A DNA stretch of 64,000 bases. Source: a virus (Duplodnaviria > Caudoviricetes). The DNA is taken from IMG/VR virus record IMGVR_UViG_642918914_000001, positions 1 to 64,000 of that record, one strand, 5' to 3'. Each line of letters begins with the position of its first letter. Position 1 is the first letter of the stretch. The notes beneath the pieces were generated by a model. The model was given only the letters and a program-made list of their open reading frames with translations. It had not been told where the DNA came from and did not search any database. Position numbers and translations under genes: made by a program. This document shows, in pieces, positions 46,097-55,649 of the stretch.

Positions 46097-47805
46097 AGAA
46101 ATCGACCCAAGACCGTGTGAAGAGCACAGCAGAGTATCAGAAAGAGTTCCAAGAGCTAGTGAAGGCCGTCCGCAACGTGTCGGTCCCGCACTTCTATCTG
46201 CTGGATGATTCGTGCGCGGCCTTCACCGAGAAGGGGCTGGCCTATGTAACTGGGTCGTACACTGCCCTCCAGTTCGTGTGGAACAAGAAGTACTGGGACG
46301 CGATGAACTTGGAGGAGCGGATCTTTGACCTCCTGCACATGTGCCAGCATCTGCTGTCGGGTCACTACGAGCGCATGAAACCGTGGCTCAGTGGGCCAAC
46401 GAAAGACGCAGCCGAGCTGGCGATGGAGCTCGCGGCCAATCACACAGTGCTGCGCAACTTCGCGCTGGATCCCAAACGCATGCCGCTGCTCGGTTCGCGT
46501 ATGGCAACGGTGCACAACACGTTGCCGGAGTTGGAGCTGAGTGACTCGCTGTCGTTGGAGGAGTACTTCTTCCTGCTGAACCAAGCGCAGTCCAACGCGC
46601 AGGCGTGCGGCGGTCAGAGTGAAGAGTCCGACGAGGACGAAGAAAGCACACCGGTTGACGGCCAGGCCCAAGGCAAAGGGCAGAAGGCAAAGGGCGATAC
46701 GCCCAAGGGCAGCAAGAAACAGGAGAACGACGATGAGTCGGAGGACGAGGACGGTGAGGAAGATGGTGATGGGCAGTCGTCTGGTTCGGAACAGTCTGAC
46801 GACAGCGACGAAGATGGCGAGCAGCACGAACAGCCAGACGCTGGGGACGGACAGTCTGACGACGATCCCGATCCTGATGAAGGTACCGAGGACCGCGGGG
46901 AACAGCAGGATGAGCGCGAGGAAGGCGAGGACGCATCTGCTGATGCACCGCCTCCGCCCAAGCCCCTCGACAGCCATGGCAAGTCGGGTGTAAGCCCAGA
47001 GCTGTTGAACAATCTGCTGGCTCACGTTAAGGGTCAGCTTGAGTACCGCGAAGACCAGATGGATGGGGAAGCGGACGAGGCAATGGCCAAGGCGTTTGGG
47101 CGTACGGCGGGCACTGGTGACCATGAGGCGGAGCCCATGGAAAAGACGCCCGTGGACATCGATGCGCAACGCGAATGGCGTAAGTTCGCGTATCGCCTCG
47201 AACGCAGTCTCCGCAAGAAGGAAGGAGCAACTAGCTGGCTGCCGAACAAGCGGTACGTGGCACTGGGTTTGGAAGAGGCGGGTCTGTGTATGCCTGCGTA
47301 CACTGCGCCACGCAAATCGCACGTGAAGGCCGTCGTGTTTCTGGACACCTCCGCGTCGTGCGACTGGATGCGGACCCCGTTCTTCACGATCCTCACTTCC
47401 ATTCCGAAGGAAATCTTCGAGGTCGCGACCTACACCTTCACCACGAAGGTGCACCCCTTCAATCCAAAGGCGCCACGGTTCCATCGCGGCGGAACATCGT
47501 TCAACGGTTTCGAGAAGGTGTTCGACGCTGAAGTGGCGAAGGACCGCACACGGAACGTGAAGCACTACGCGTTCGTCATTACGGATGGGGAGGTGTGTCA
47601 AATCTTCTCGCCGAAGAATCCGGCGGACTGGTGGTTTATCATGCTGCGCCCCGATTCGTTAGCCGGACGTCTTGGCTATACGCATCACGACTCCAAGTCC
47701 ACAACCAAGTGGTTGAACCCCAAGGTCAACGTGATGGACCTGCATCCGTTCCTCAACCCAAAGATGCAAGCAGAACTCGCCAGAGGAGTAGACATAGAAT
47801 GGTAG
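46093..47805 (+). CDS. DUF2201-like metallopeptidase-fold/VWA protein
   Basis: HMCQH region, long acidic linker, DTSAS MIDAS-like motif, GGTSF, ITDG; paired with MoxR. Confidence 0.8.
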   Translation: MKKSTQDRVKSTAEYQKEFQELVKAVRNVSVPHFYLLDDSCAAFTEKGLAYVTGSYTALQFVWNKKYWDAMNLEERIFDLLHMCQHLLSGHYERMKPWLSGPTKDAAELAMELAANHTVLRNFALDPKRMPLLGSRMATVHNTLPELELSDSLSLEEYFFLLNQAQSNAQACGGQSEESDEDEESTPVDGQAQGKGQKAKGDTPKGSKKQENDDESEDEDGEEDGDGQSSGSEQSDDSDEDGEQHEQPDAGDGQSDDDPDPDEGTEDRGEQQDEREEGEDASADAPPPPKPLDSHGKSGVSPELLNNLLAHVKGQLEYREDQMDGEADEAMAKAFGRTAGTGDHEAEPMEKTPVDIDAQREWRKFAYRLERSLRKKEGATSWLPNKRYVALGLEEAGLCMPAYTAPRKSHVKAVVFLDTSASCDWMRTPFFTILTSIPKEIFEVATYTFTTKVHPFNPKAPRFHRGGTSFNGFEKVFDAEVAKDRTRNVKHYAFVITDGEVCQIFSPKNPADWWFIMLRPDSLAGRLGYTHHDSKSTTKWLNPKVNVMDLHPFLNPKMQAELARGVDIEW

Positions 47806-48125
47806 AACGTGAGTGGCTGGTGGCAACCCTCAAGCAGGACTTCCTCCGGCTGAAGCAAGGTACTACGGTTGTCATCTGTCAGTCGGCTATCGTACACGCA
47901 GACGTACGGCAGACTTGGTGGATGCTTGAACCCTACAGTCGTACAGCGTATCAGGTGAGCGAGCAGTTCTTCGGCCGTCGGCTGCTTGCCCTATGTCGTG
48001 TGGAGCGCGTATCGCGCAACCCCGAGCAGTGCACACAACGGCTGAAAGAATGCCTGAAGGGCACACCCTTCGATCCCAAGAACGCGTCGCACATCGCTGC
48101 GCTTCGCGCACGTAGCAAGGCGTGA
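47799..48125 (+). CDS. Hypothetical protein
   Basis: GAGGAG RBS. Confidence 0.6.
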   Translation: MVEREWLVATLKQDFLRLKQGTTVVICQSAIVHADVRQTWWMLEPYSRTAYQVSEQFFGRRLLALCRVERVSRNPEQCTQRLKECLKGTPFDPKNASHIAALRARSKA

Positions 48126-48157
48126 TCAAAGGGGGAGCCCTAATCTAAGGAGTAGTT

Positions 48158-48589
48158 ATGACTACAGACAAAGTATTGCGGAGCTTGAAGTCACTGGAAG
48201 ATCCGTACGCGAAGGTGTTGCTGGTGGATAGCGATGGGCGGGCAGCAACTGTAGACGCTGCCGCGCTCAATGGACGTCTGCCGTCTTGTTCTGGGGCAAT
48301 GGTGTTGGGCACCAACATCGTCCTCCGGGCGCTGCCGAAGAACGCGGACTTCCCAACGGGGCCACTACCCGAGGCGCGTCCCATCTACGCGCAGACCAAG
48401 TATGCAGTCCAGGAGTTCTCGGAGCACGACGCGCTGATCTGGAAGATTGGCTTCCAGGCTGACAACGGTTTCTGTGTTCCAGACCGCAACGTTCTGCGCC
48501 AAGGCTACACACTGCTTCCGCAGTGGGATGCCGAAGCCAAGATCCTCATTCAAACGGAGGCACGAGTATGGCCACACGCATCGAAGTAA
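48158..48589 (+). CDS. Hypothetical protein
   Basis: AAGGAG RBS. Confidence 0.65.
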   Translation: MTTDKVLRSLKSLEDPYAKVLLVDSDGRAATVDAAALNGRLPSCSGAMVLGTNIVLRALPKNADFPTGPLPEARPIYAQTKYAVQEFSEHDALIWKIGFQADNGFCVPDRNVLRQGYTLLPQWDAEAKILIQTEARVWPHASK

Positions 48590-48903
48590 GCGATCACAAA
48601 TCCATCCGCATCGAAGCTGTCGAGATGCGAGGCCAGCAGTATATCTCACTGCGCCAGATGTACAGCACAAAGCGCGATCCCACGTGGAAGCCCGGCCGAC
48701 AAGGCATGATGTTGGAAGTCGGTGAGCAGAAAGCGAACATCGCGGGTCGTGTGTCGCGCGTCATCACCAAGCTGCTGGAAGATCCGGACACAGTGTTCCG
48801 CGTGTTGGACCCCGGCACAGGCGACGAGCAGCAAGAAGAGAAACCGGTCAGTGGTAAAAAGAAGGTGGGCAGCAAATCCGTCAAACGCAAAACGAAGGAG
48901 TAG
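48568..48903 (+). CDS. PC4/YdbC-like ssDNA-binding protein
   Basis: IRIEAVEMRGQQYISLRQMY...WKPGRQGM. Confidence 0.75.
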   Translation: MATRIEVSDHKSIRIEAVEMRGQQYISLRQMYSTKRDPTWKPGRQGMMLEVGEQKANIAGRVSRVITKLLEDPDTVFRVLDPGTGDEQQEEKPVSGKKKVGSKSVKRKTKE

Positions 48904-48906
48904 ACA

Positions 48907-49686
48907 ATGGATCAACTGGAAGTAGTGAAGGAGCGCGTACTGCGTCGCGCGAACATCGCCAAGTGGGGTCTTGGCTTGGTCGGTGTGCTGTTGGTGGCGC
49001 CCGTCATCTGGATGCTGGCCTATGCAGTGTTGGGCGCCGCCGCGCTGGGCGCAAGTTTGGCGGTGGCTGGTGTCGTTGGTCTGACCATCGTCAACATGGC
49101 GCCGGTCGTCACAATGAAGCTGGCCAACGCCAAGATCAAAGCCATAATGGCTGAAGCAGCGCGCAATCCCATCCCCACCCTGTGGAATGAGTGGGAGAAG
49201 GACGGCGAGGAGCTGCGTGAGTTCGAGAAGGCGATCGCTGACTACGCAACCGAGATCGAGAACGTGCAGTCCAAGGCCAAGAAGCTGACCGTTGATCTCA
49301 AGCCCGAAGACCTCCAGCAGTTCCAGGACGACATCGACGCTATGCGCCAGGATCTGGCGTTGCAGCAGGGGGACTTGGATCAGGCGCGCCAAGAACACGA
49401 GCAGTTCCGTCTCGAAGTGAAGCGTGCATCCGCCATCTGGGACCTGAACATGGCAGTGTCCAAGGCCAACGCCAAGAACTTGAATCGCGCCGAAGAAACG
49501 ATGGCACGGATCAAGAAGGAAACGGCGCTGGACACGGTGACCGCCAGCATGAACCGCAGCAAGGCTCAGTTGCGCGAGCGCATTCGTAGCCGTACTACGG
49601 TCAACGGTATGGCGCAGATCGGTAACGAACCGTCGGCCAGTCTGCCGCTGCCCACCTCGTCCACGTACACCAAGGTCCGGGCCTGA
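48907..49686 (+). CDS. Membrane-anchored coiled-coil protein
   Basis: Two N-terminal transmembrane helices, then a long coiled coil. Confidence 0.75.
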   Translation: MDQLEVVKERVLRRANIAKWGLGLVGVLLVAPVIWMLAYAVLGAAALGASLAVAGVVGLTIVNMAPVVTMKLANAKIKAIMAEAARNPIPTLWNEWEKDGEELREFEKAIADYATEIENVQSKAKKLTVDLKPEDLQQFQDDIDAMRQDLALQQGDLDQARQEHEQFRLEVKRASAIWDLNMAVSKANAKNLNRAEETMARIKKETALDTVTASMNRSKAQLRERIRSRTTVNGMAQIGNEPSASLPLPTSSTYTKVRA

Positions 49687-49840
49687 TCATGCCACTGCCA
49701 AGTCATCACGATGATCCACCCAAGTGGTACGAGCGCGTGATCCTGATTGGTGCCGCCGTCCTCTTGATTGGCGGCTTTCTGCACACGGCCACGGTCAATG
49801 GAACTCCGGTGATCCAGGCCATCGTAGGGGCTATGAAGCT

Positions 49841-50140
49841 ATGAATCGGCGTCAGCGTGTGATTCCAGAAAGCGTGGAGCAGGCGTTGCTCATCGCTTTC
49901 CTGGCAGTGGTAGCGATCGCAGCGATCGTGTTGGCTGGTGTCGCCGCCTACAACTGGCATCAGAAGAAGGTGTACCTGACGACGCATGAATGTCTGCAGA
50001 TCTCCGAGATGAAGACGGGGCGTACACTAGGCTGCGGTAAGGGCTGTGTCCGCGACGAGCTTGTGCACCTCTACGAATGCCGAGACGGTACGATGCTGGA
50101 TCTGGACGGCGTCATGTTTACCAAGCGAGAATCGAAATGA
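49841..50140 (+). CDS. Small membrane-anchored Cys-containing protein
   Basis: One transmembrane helix, four Cys. Confidence 0.55.
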   Translation: MNRRQRVIPESVEQALLIAFLAVVAIAAIVLAGVAAYNWHQKKVYLTTHECLQISEMKTGRTLGCGKGCVRDELVHLYECRDGTMLDLDGVMFTKRESK

Positions 50141-50814
50141 CTACTCAACGAGAGCCGTTGAAGCCCTGTCCCTTCTGTAGCGGTATTCCGACCCTGGAAG
50201 AGAAGCCGAATTCTGGGGTCGGTATGTGGACTGGGGGCCTACCTCCGGTTGTGGAGCGTACGGTCACAATCCGCTGTGACAGTTGTGGCATACCCCATCT
50301 CTACCGAAGCACGGAGGTGAAGCTGCACGCCTCAGAGAGCGAGGCGCGGGCTTTTATCTATACTCAGGCTGCTACTGTCTGGAATCTGCGGCCGACGCCA
50401 AACGCTCAGCTCACCGTGTCGGTCTTCCCAATCGCTACTCGTCCCGAGGACGGCCAGTACATCTTCTACTGGTTCGAGCCCTTCGGTACGTGGCACGCGG
50501 GACGATACGACAAGGCGAGTGATTCGGTGTACGGCCGATCGGGGTTCACTTCTGTGATTCCCGAAGTTCCGTTCTGGATGCCGGAATTCGAGCCGCAGGC
50601 CACACCCAACGCCGTGAACGACGTCACGCTGTATCGTGAGCTTCTGGCTTGCGCCTATCAGCTCGCGGGTTTGGTCGGGGCGCCGGTCAAATGGCTCGAC
50701 GCACTGAGCAACGGCGCTGAAGGCAAGTTGGAACGCGAAGTCATCAATCAGCTGTTACCCATCACTCAGGATCAACTGGATCCGAATTCGTTCGTCAAGT
50801 CGGAGGACCAATGA
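50137..50814 (+). CDS. Lar-like (restriction alleviation) Zn-finger protein
   Basis: LKPCPFCSG...IRCDSCG...VWNLRP. Confidence 0.6.
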   Translation: MTTQREPLKPCPFCSGIPTLEEKPNSGVGMWTGGLPPVVERTVTIRCDSCGIPHLYRSTEVKLHASESEARAFIYTQAATVWNLRPTPNAQLTVSVFPIATRPEDGQYIFYWFEPFGTWHAGRYDKASDSVYGRSGFTSVIPEVPFWMPEFEPQATPNAVNDVTLYRELLACAYQLAGLVGAPVKWLDALSNGAEGKLEREVINQLLPITQDQLDPNSFVKSEDQ

Positions 50815-51050
50815 AATTCCGCATCGTACTGAGCGCGCTACTCCTCGTGCTCCTCATCATGCTGTACGCTGTGTTCCACAAGTCGTCGGTCGACGACAGC
50901 ACCGCACCTGATCCAGTCTCGCAGTCCTCGGACAGCGGGTCCTCCAGTTCGTCGGGCGGCGGTCAGTACTCCGGTCTCGGCAAGTGATCGCAAGTAGTAA
51001 ATAGCAGGTACCACAACCCATCGAGGTTTTCTACAAGGAACAACAACATC

Positions 51051-52001
51051 ATGTCCAAAATCAATCGTGCTCAAATCGTGATCTTCGGCCTGCTGTATGG
51101 CTTCGCAACTCTGGCATCGGCACAAGCGTTGACCGTGGCCGGTGGTGGTGGCATCAAGCAAGGCTCGACCTACAGCGCAATCCTGGGCGAACTGGCTACG
51201 GCCTGTGCCGACGACGGCATCCAACTCAGCGAAGTCCAGACGTCGGGTGGTCCGCAGAACCTGGAACTGCTGAAGGGCAACAAGGTGGCTGCCGCCATCG
51301 TGCAGACCGACATCCTGTTCGCGGCCAAGCTGGACAACGCGACGTCGGTCGCCAACATCAAGACGGTTGTGGCACTGCATCCAGAGCCCATCCATCTGGT
51401 GGTGCGTGCCGATGCTAAGACCGAAGGTGGCGTCACTGTCTTCGGCAAGAACATCGGCGGCGACACCGTCGTGTTCAAGAACGCAGAAGACCTGAAGGGG
51501 CGTCCGGTGGGTGCGGTCGGCGGTAGCGTGATCAGCGCCCGTATCCTCGGCGAACAACTGCGCTACGGCTGGCAGATCACCGAGTATGCCAAGACCACGG
51601 ATCTGTTGCAGGCATTGTCTGCCCACAAGATCGACGCTGCCATCATCGTGGCGGGTGCTCCGTCGGCTGCTGTCGCTCAGATCAACGGCCATCAGTTCAA
51701 GCTGCTCCCCATTCGCGGCAACAGCGATACGGCTGCGGTCTACAATCCGGCCAAGATCCAGTACCCGAACCTGAATGCGGGCCGCGCCGTTGACACGCTG
51801 AGCGAACAGGCGCTGCTGGTGACTCGCACCTGGAAGTCGGACGACATGCTCAAGAAACTGGGCGCGGTCCGTGCGTGTTTCAACAAGCAACTGCCGAACA
51901 TCCAAGATCGTCAGGGCACGCATCCGGCGTGGCAGGACATGGACGCCACGCAGCAGGGCAAGTGGGTCTGGTACGACCTGCCGAAGGTCGCCGTCAAGTG
52001 A
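51051..52001 (+). CDS. TAXI-family TRAP solute-binding protein
   Basis: Signal peptide, GSTY, TSGGPQNL, AAIVQTD, LHPEPIHLVVR. Confidence 0.85.
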   Translation: MSKINRAQIVIFGLLYGFATLASAQALTVAGGGGIKQGSTYSAILGELATACADDGIQLSEVQTSGGPQNLELLKGNKVAAAIVQTDILFAAKLDNATSVANIKTVVALHPEPIHLVVRADAKTEGGVTVFGKNIGGDTVVFKNAEDLKGRPVGAVGGSVISARILGEQLRYGWQITEYAKTTDLLQALSAHKIDAAIIVAGAPSAAVAQINGHQFKLLPIRGNSDTAAVYNPAKIQYPNLNAGRAVDTLSEQALLVTRTWKSDDMLKKLGAVRACFNKQLPNIQDRQGTHPAWQDMDATQQGKWVWYDLPKVAVK

Positions 52002-52008
52002 GGCACGT

Positions 52009-52299
52009 GTGAGCAACACTGCCTGCCATCCTGGATCCATTCTGCGGTACGAAGTAATACCTGCACTCAAGCTGTCGGAAGACGTCGCAGCCCGTCAGCT
52101 TGGGATTTCCCCCGCCCATCTGCGTGAAGTGTTGACCGAGAAGGCTCCGATCACCGCTGATCTCGCATTGCGCATCGAGCACTGGCTTGGCATCATGCAC
52201 GGTGGTCGTGCTCGCATGTGGCTGGAGATGCAGATGGACTACGACTTGCAAGTGGCGCAGGCCAGCCCGCCCACTGGCGTTTTGAAGGCACCTGTCTAA
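52009..52299 (+). CDS. higA: HigA-family antitoxin/HTH protein
   Basis: HPGSIL...ITADLALRI...WLEMQMDYDL. Confidence 0.8.
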   Translation: MSNTACHPGSILRYEVIPALKLSEDVAARQLGISPAHLREVLTEKAPITADLALRIEHWLGIMHGGRARMWLEMQMDYDLQVAQASPPTGVLKAPV

Positions 52300-52462
52300 T
52301 GCGACCTACCTGGACCGAAGACCAAGTCGCGCAGTTCAAGGAATGGCACGAGCGGCGGATGGCTGAGTTGCAATACCCGCCTGCACTTGTCGCCGAATTG
52401 CGACGCACCCGCGATCGCTGGATTCCAGCGGCTAAATCGCCGAAGTAGTACAGAGCAGTACC

Positions 52463-52486
52463 CGGGAGCCAAGAGGCTCCCGTTTT
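52463..52486 (+). terminator. Intrinsic terminator
   Basis: CGGGAGCC-AAGA-GGCTCCCG-TTTT. Confidence 0.7.
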
Positions 52487-52510
52487 CATCAACTATCCAG
52501 AGAGGATATC

Positions 52511-53626
52511 ATGCAACAAGCTGAGAAGCGATACGATCTGTTGGTGTTCATAGGGCGGTTCCAGCCCTTCCACAACGGCCACAAGCACGTCGTGGATAAG
52601 GCGCTGGAACAAGCGGACAACGTTCTGGTGCTCGTCGGCTCGGCCAATCGCCCACGTACTCGCAAGAATCCGTGGTCGTTTGTCGAACGGCGCGATATGA
52701 TCCAATCGGTGTATCAGGACAACGGGCGACTGCACATTGCCCGCTTGGACGATCACCTGCACGAGAACGACTTCCACTGGATCATGGAAGTGCAACAGGC
52801 AGTCGCCGCGTGCTGCCGTTGGAAGCTAGGGTTGCGCGATGGTGCTGCACGCATCGGTCTTATCGGCCACTCGAAAGACCAGACGTCGTACTACCTGAAG
52901 AAGTTCCCGCAGTGGAGTTCGGTGAACGTCGACGGGTACAAGGTGGAAAACACGGTGCTGGACGCCACCAGTCTGCGCCGAGTCATGATCGAGGTCGGCG
53001 GCTGCTCTCCGACCTTCACCTTCGACCAATTCGTTCCGAAACCTGTAGCTGAATGGCTTCAACGTGAGCACGGACAGCATGGGAACGGGAACATGGCCAC
53101 TGATCTGTTGTTCAAGGACCTGAAGGTGGCTGATGACTTCGTGAAGAAGTATCGCGAAGATCATAAGTACAAGGGAGGGCAGCCGTACATGCCGATCCAC
53201 ACGACGACCGACGCAGTGGTCATTCAGTCGGGTCACGTGCTGCTGGGTCGCCGTAAATTCAACCCTGGGAAGGGTCTGTGGGCGTTGCCTGGTGGATTCG
53301 TGCACGAGTTCGAGCCGTCGATGAGTGCAGCACTCCGTGAGTTGCGCGAGGAGACGACGATCGATCTGCCGGACGAAACGCTGAAGCTGGCGTTCCGTTT
53401 CAAGCAGGTGTTCTCCGACGTGAACCGCAGTGACGATCGCGGCCGCATCATCACGCATGGGTATCTGTTCCTGCTCAACGATCGCGAGACGCTGCCCAAA
53501 GTCAAGGCCGCCGACGATCTGGCCGAGGTCAAGTGGGTACCACTGGGGTTGCTGGATAGCTCCGAGATGTATTCGGATCACTACTGGATCATCCACAAGA
53601 TGATTGACATGCTCCCGGTGGACTAA
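52511..53626 (+). CDS. nadM: Bifunctional NMN adenylyltransferase/Nudix hydrolase
   Basis: FIGRFQPFHNGH, KNPWSFVER, WALPGGF...ALRELREET Nudix box. Confidence 0.95.
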   Translation: MQQAEKRYDLLVFIGRFQPFHNGHKHVVDKALEQADNVLVLVGSANRPRTRKNPWSFVERRDMIQSVYQDNGRLHIARLDDHLHENDFHWIMEVQQAVAACCRWKLGLRDGAARIGLIGHSKDQTSYYLKKFPQWSSVNVDGYKVENTVLDATSLRRVMIEVGGCSPTFTFDQFVPKPVAEWLQREHGQHGNGNMATDLLFKDLKVADDFVKKYREDHKYKGGQPYMPIHTTTDAVVIQSGHVLLGRRKFNPGKGLWALPGGFVHEFEPSMSAALRELREETTIDLPDETLKLAFRFKQVFSDVNRSDDRGRIITHGYLFLLNDRETLPKVKAADDLAEVKWVPLGLLDSSEMYSDHYWIIHKMIDMLPVD

Positions 53627-53629
53627 ACC

Positions 53630-54088
53630 ATGGACCTCAGTCAGCAAGAGCTGGCGATCTTGGCGTCCTTCGTCTTCCTGCCGCTTCCGAAACGAGCGGT
53701 AGGTCGACGTGGGGCCGAGGTGGCCCAAGTAGCGCGCCCTGTGTTCGCCAAGTTGTTTCAGAAGTACGTGAAGGGACGCTTCGCGTTGCAGGTAACGATC
53801 ACCTGCAAGAAGCTGGTGCGTCGCGGACTGCTGTACCAGAGCGGTACGGTGGAACCCGAGGTCAGGCAGCCGGTGCGTATGCAAAAGGCGAAGTGCGCAC
53901 CGTCGCCTATTCAAAGCCCTGTCTTTGCTTTGACGGAGTCTGGCCTGTGGTTCGTCTTGTCGCAGTGTGACCAATCGCAACTGTGTACCGCCCGTCAGGC
54001 GATCAGTGCATGGAAGCATTGGTATCACGCGTATGAAGACGAACCCGGCTTCCAGTCGTTCCAACATTTCGCGTTCGGCGCCGCTTAG
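53630..54088 (+). CDS. Hypothetical protein (possible winged helix)
   Basis: Lies between the NAD genes; KLVRRGLL...FALTESG. Confidence 0.55.
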   Translation: MDLSQQELAILASFVFLPLPKRAVGRRGAEVAQVARPVFAKLFQKYVKGRFALQVTITCKKLVRRGLLYQSGTVEPEVRQPVRMQKAKCAPSPIQSPVFALTESGLWFVLSQCDQSQLCTARQAISAWKHWYHAYEDEPGFQSFQHFAFGAA

Positions 54089-54147
54089 GCGCCAACCTTA
54101 AACCCTAGAGGGTTTGAGCATTCACCCAACTTTCCAGAGAGGAAATC

Positions 54148-55566
54148 ATGCAAGAGCAAATCAACGACTTCAACTTCGCTGCTGATACTGACAGCTACAA
54201 GTACAGTCACGGTCCACAAGTCCCGAAGAGTCTGGCCTACGTTTCCTCATACGGGGAAGCACGGTCCGACGCCGTGTTCCGGGGCGCGCTGTTTAGCGGC
54301 ATGCAAGTCCGAGTCAAGGACATGCTGGAAAAGCCGCTGACGATGGCGGATGTGGACTTCGCGTACGAGATGGCGATGGCGCATTGCGGGACTTTCCCAC
54401 TTGAGATGATGAAGAAGATCGTCACTCAATACGGCGGGCTGCCTCCGGTTCGGATTCAGGCGCTGCCCGAAGGGCTTGTTGTTCCCAATCGCACTGCCCT
54501 GTGGCAGATCGCCAACTTGGACCCGAGCATGCCGACGCTGCCGCAATTCATGGAGGACCAAATCCTCCGTGACGTGTGGTACATGTCGACTGTGGCTACG
54601 CTGAGCTGGCACATCAAGCAAGACATTCTCGCATTTCTCAACCGCACCTGTGACAACCCCGAAGAGGAGATCGTGTTCCGCCTCCACGACTTCGGGGCAC
54701 GCGGCGCTAGCTCTCGTGAGACAGCGGCGCACGGTGGTCTGGCTCACCTCATCAACTTCATGGGGACCGACACCGTGCTCGCGCTGTATGCTGCACGTCG
54801 TTATTACGGCGAGAAGGTGGCTGGATTCAGCATTCCTGCCATGGAGCACTTCACCGTGACGGCGTGGGGCCGTGAAAACGAGGCGCAGGCGTACGCGAAC
54901 ATGGTTGACACCTTCGGTGGTGAAGGCCGTATCTACGCATGTGTGTCGGATGCCTACGACATCTTCAACGCAGTGGACAACATCTGGGGCCAACAGCTCA
55001 AGGACCGGGTTCTGGCTAAAGGTGGGCGACTCGTCGTTCGTCCTGATTCCGGGGACCCGACATCCGTTGTTCTCTACTGCGTCAAGTCGCTGGCACGGTC
55101 GTTCGGAACGACGACCAACAAGAAGGGGTTCCAAGTGCTGCACCCTGCCGTTCGCGTCATCCAAGGTGATGGCGTGAACCGCGAGTCGATCAGGAGCATC
55201 CTGACGGCTCTCGAGATCAACGGATTCTCGGCAGAGAACGTTGCCTTCGGCATGGGTGGCGCCTTGTTGCAAGGCGTGAATCGAGACACCTTGGGTTTTG
55301 CTCAGAAGGCAAGCGCCATCACCTCTGGGCACAGCAGATGGATCGGTATCAGCAAGGAGCCGGTCACGGCCAAGCAGAAGGTTTCGAAGAAGGGGCGACT
55401 GGCAGTTGTGCGTGAAAGCGACAGCTACCTGACGATCCAGGAATCGGAACTGGGTGGCCGCGAGAACCTGCTCCAGGATGTCTTCGACGGACAGTCCCTT
55501 GTGCGAGACATGTCATTCTCCGAAGTTCGGGAGAACGCGAATCGAAGTGTGTTGCCCCGGCTGTAA
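54148..55566 (+). CDS. nadV: Nicotinamide phosphoribosyltransferase
   Basis: DTDSYKYSH, LHDFGARG, GTDT, SIPAMEH, VVRPDSGDP, VIQGDG, FGMGG. Confidence 0.95.
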   Translation: MQEQINDFNFAADTDSYKYSHGPQVPKSLAYVSSYGEARSDAVFRGALFSGMQVRVKDMLEKPLTMADVDFAYEMAMAHCGTFPLEMMKKIVTQYGGLPPVRIQALPEGLVVPNRTALWQIANLDPSMPTLPQFMEDQILRDVWYMSTVATLSWHIKQDILAFLNRTCDNPEEEIVFRLHDFGARGASSRETAAHGGLAHLINFMGTDTVLALYAARRYYGEKVAGFSIPAMEHFTVTAWGRENEAQAYANMVDTFGGEGRIYACVSDAYDIFNAVDNIWGQQLKDRVLAKGGRLVVRPDSGDPTSVVLYCVKSLARSFGTTTNKKGFQVLHPAVRVIQGDGVNRESIRSILTALEINGFSAENVAFGMGGALLQGVNRDTLGFAQKASAITSGHSRWIGISKEPVTAKQKVSKKGRLAVVRESDSYLTIQESELGGRENLLQDVFDGQSLVRDMSFSEVRENANRSVLPRL

Positions 55567-55585
55567 ATAGGGGTGTAAGCAGTGC

Positions 55586-55617
55586 CCCGGTGGACCTAAC
55601 CCGTCCACCGGGTTTTT
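55586..55617 (+). terminator. Intrinsic terminator
   Basis: CCCGGTGGAC-N7-GTCCACCGGG-TTTTT. Confidence 0.75.
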
Positions 55618-55649
55618 GTGTCGCGCTTTCAACCTAACCATCTTCCATT

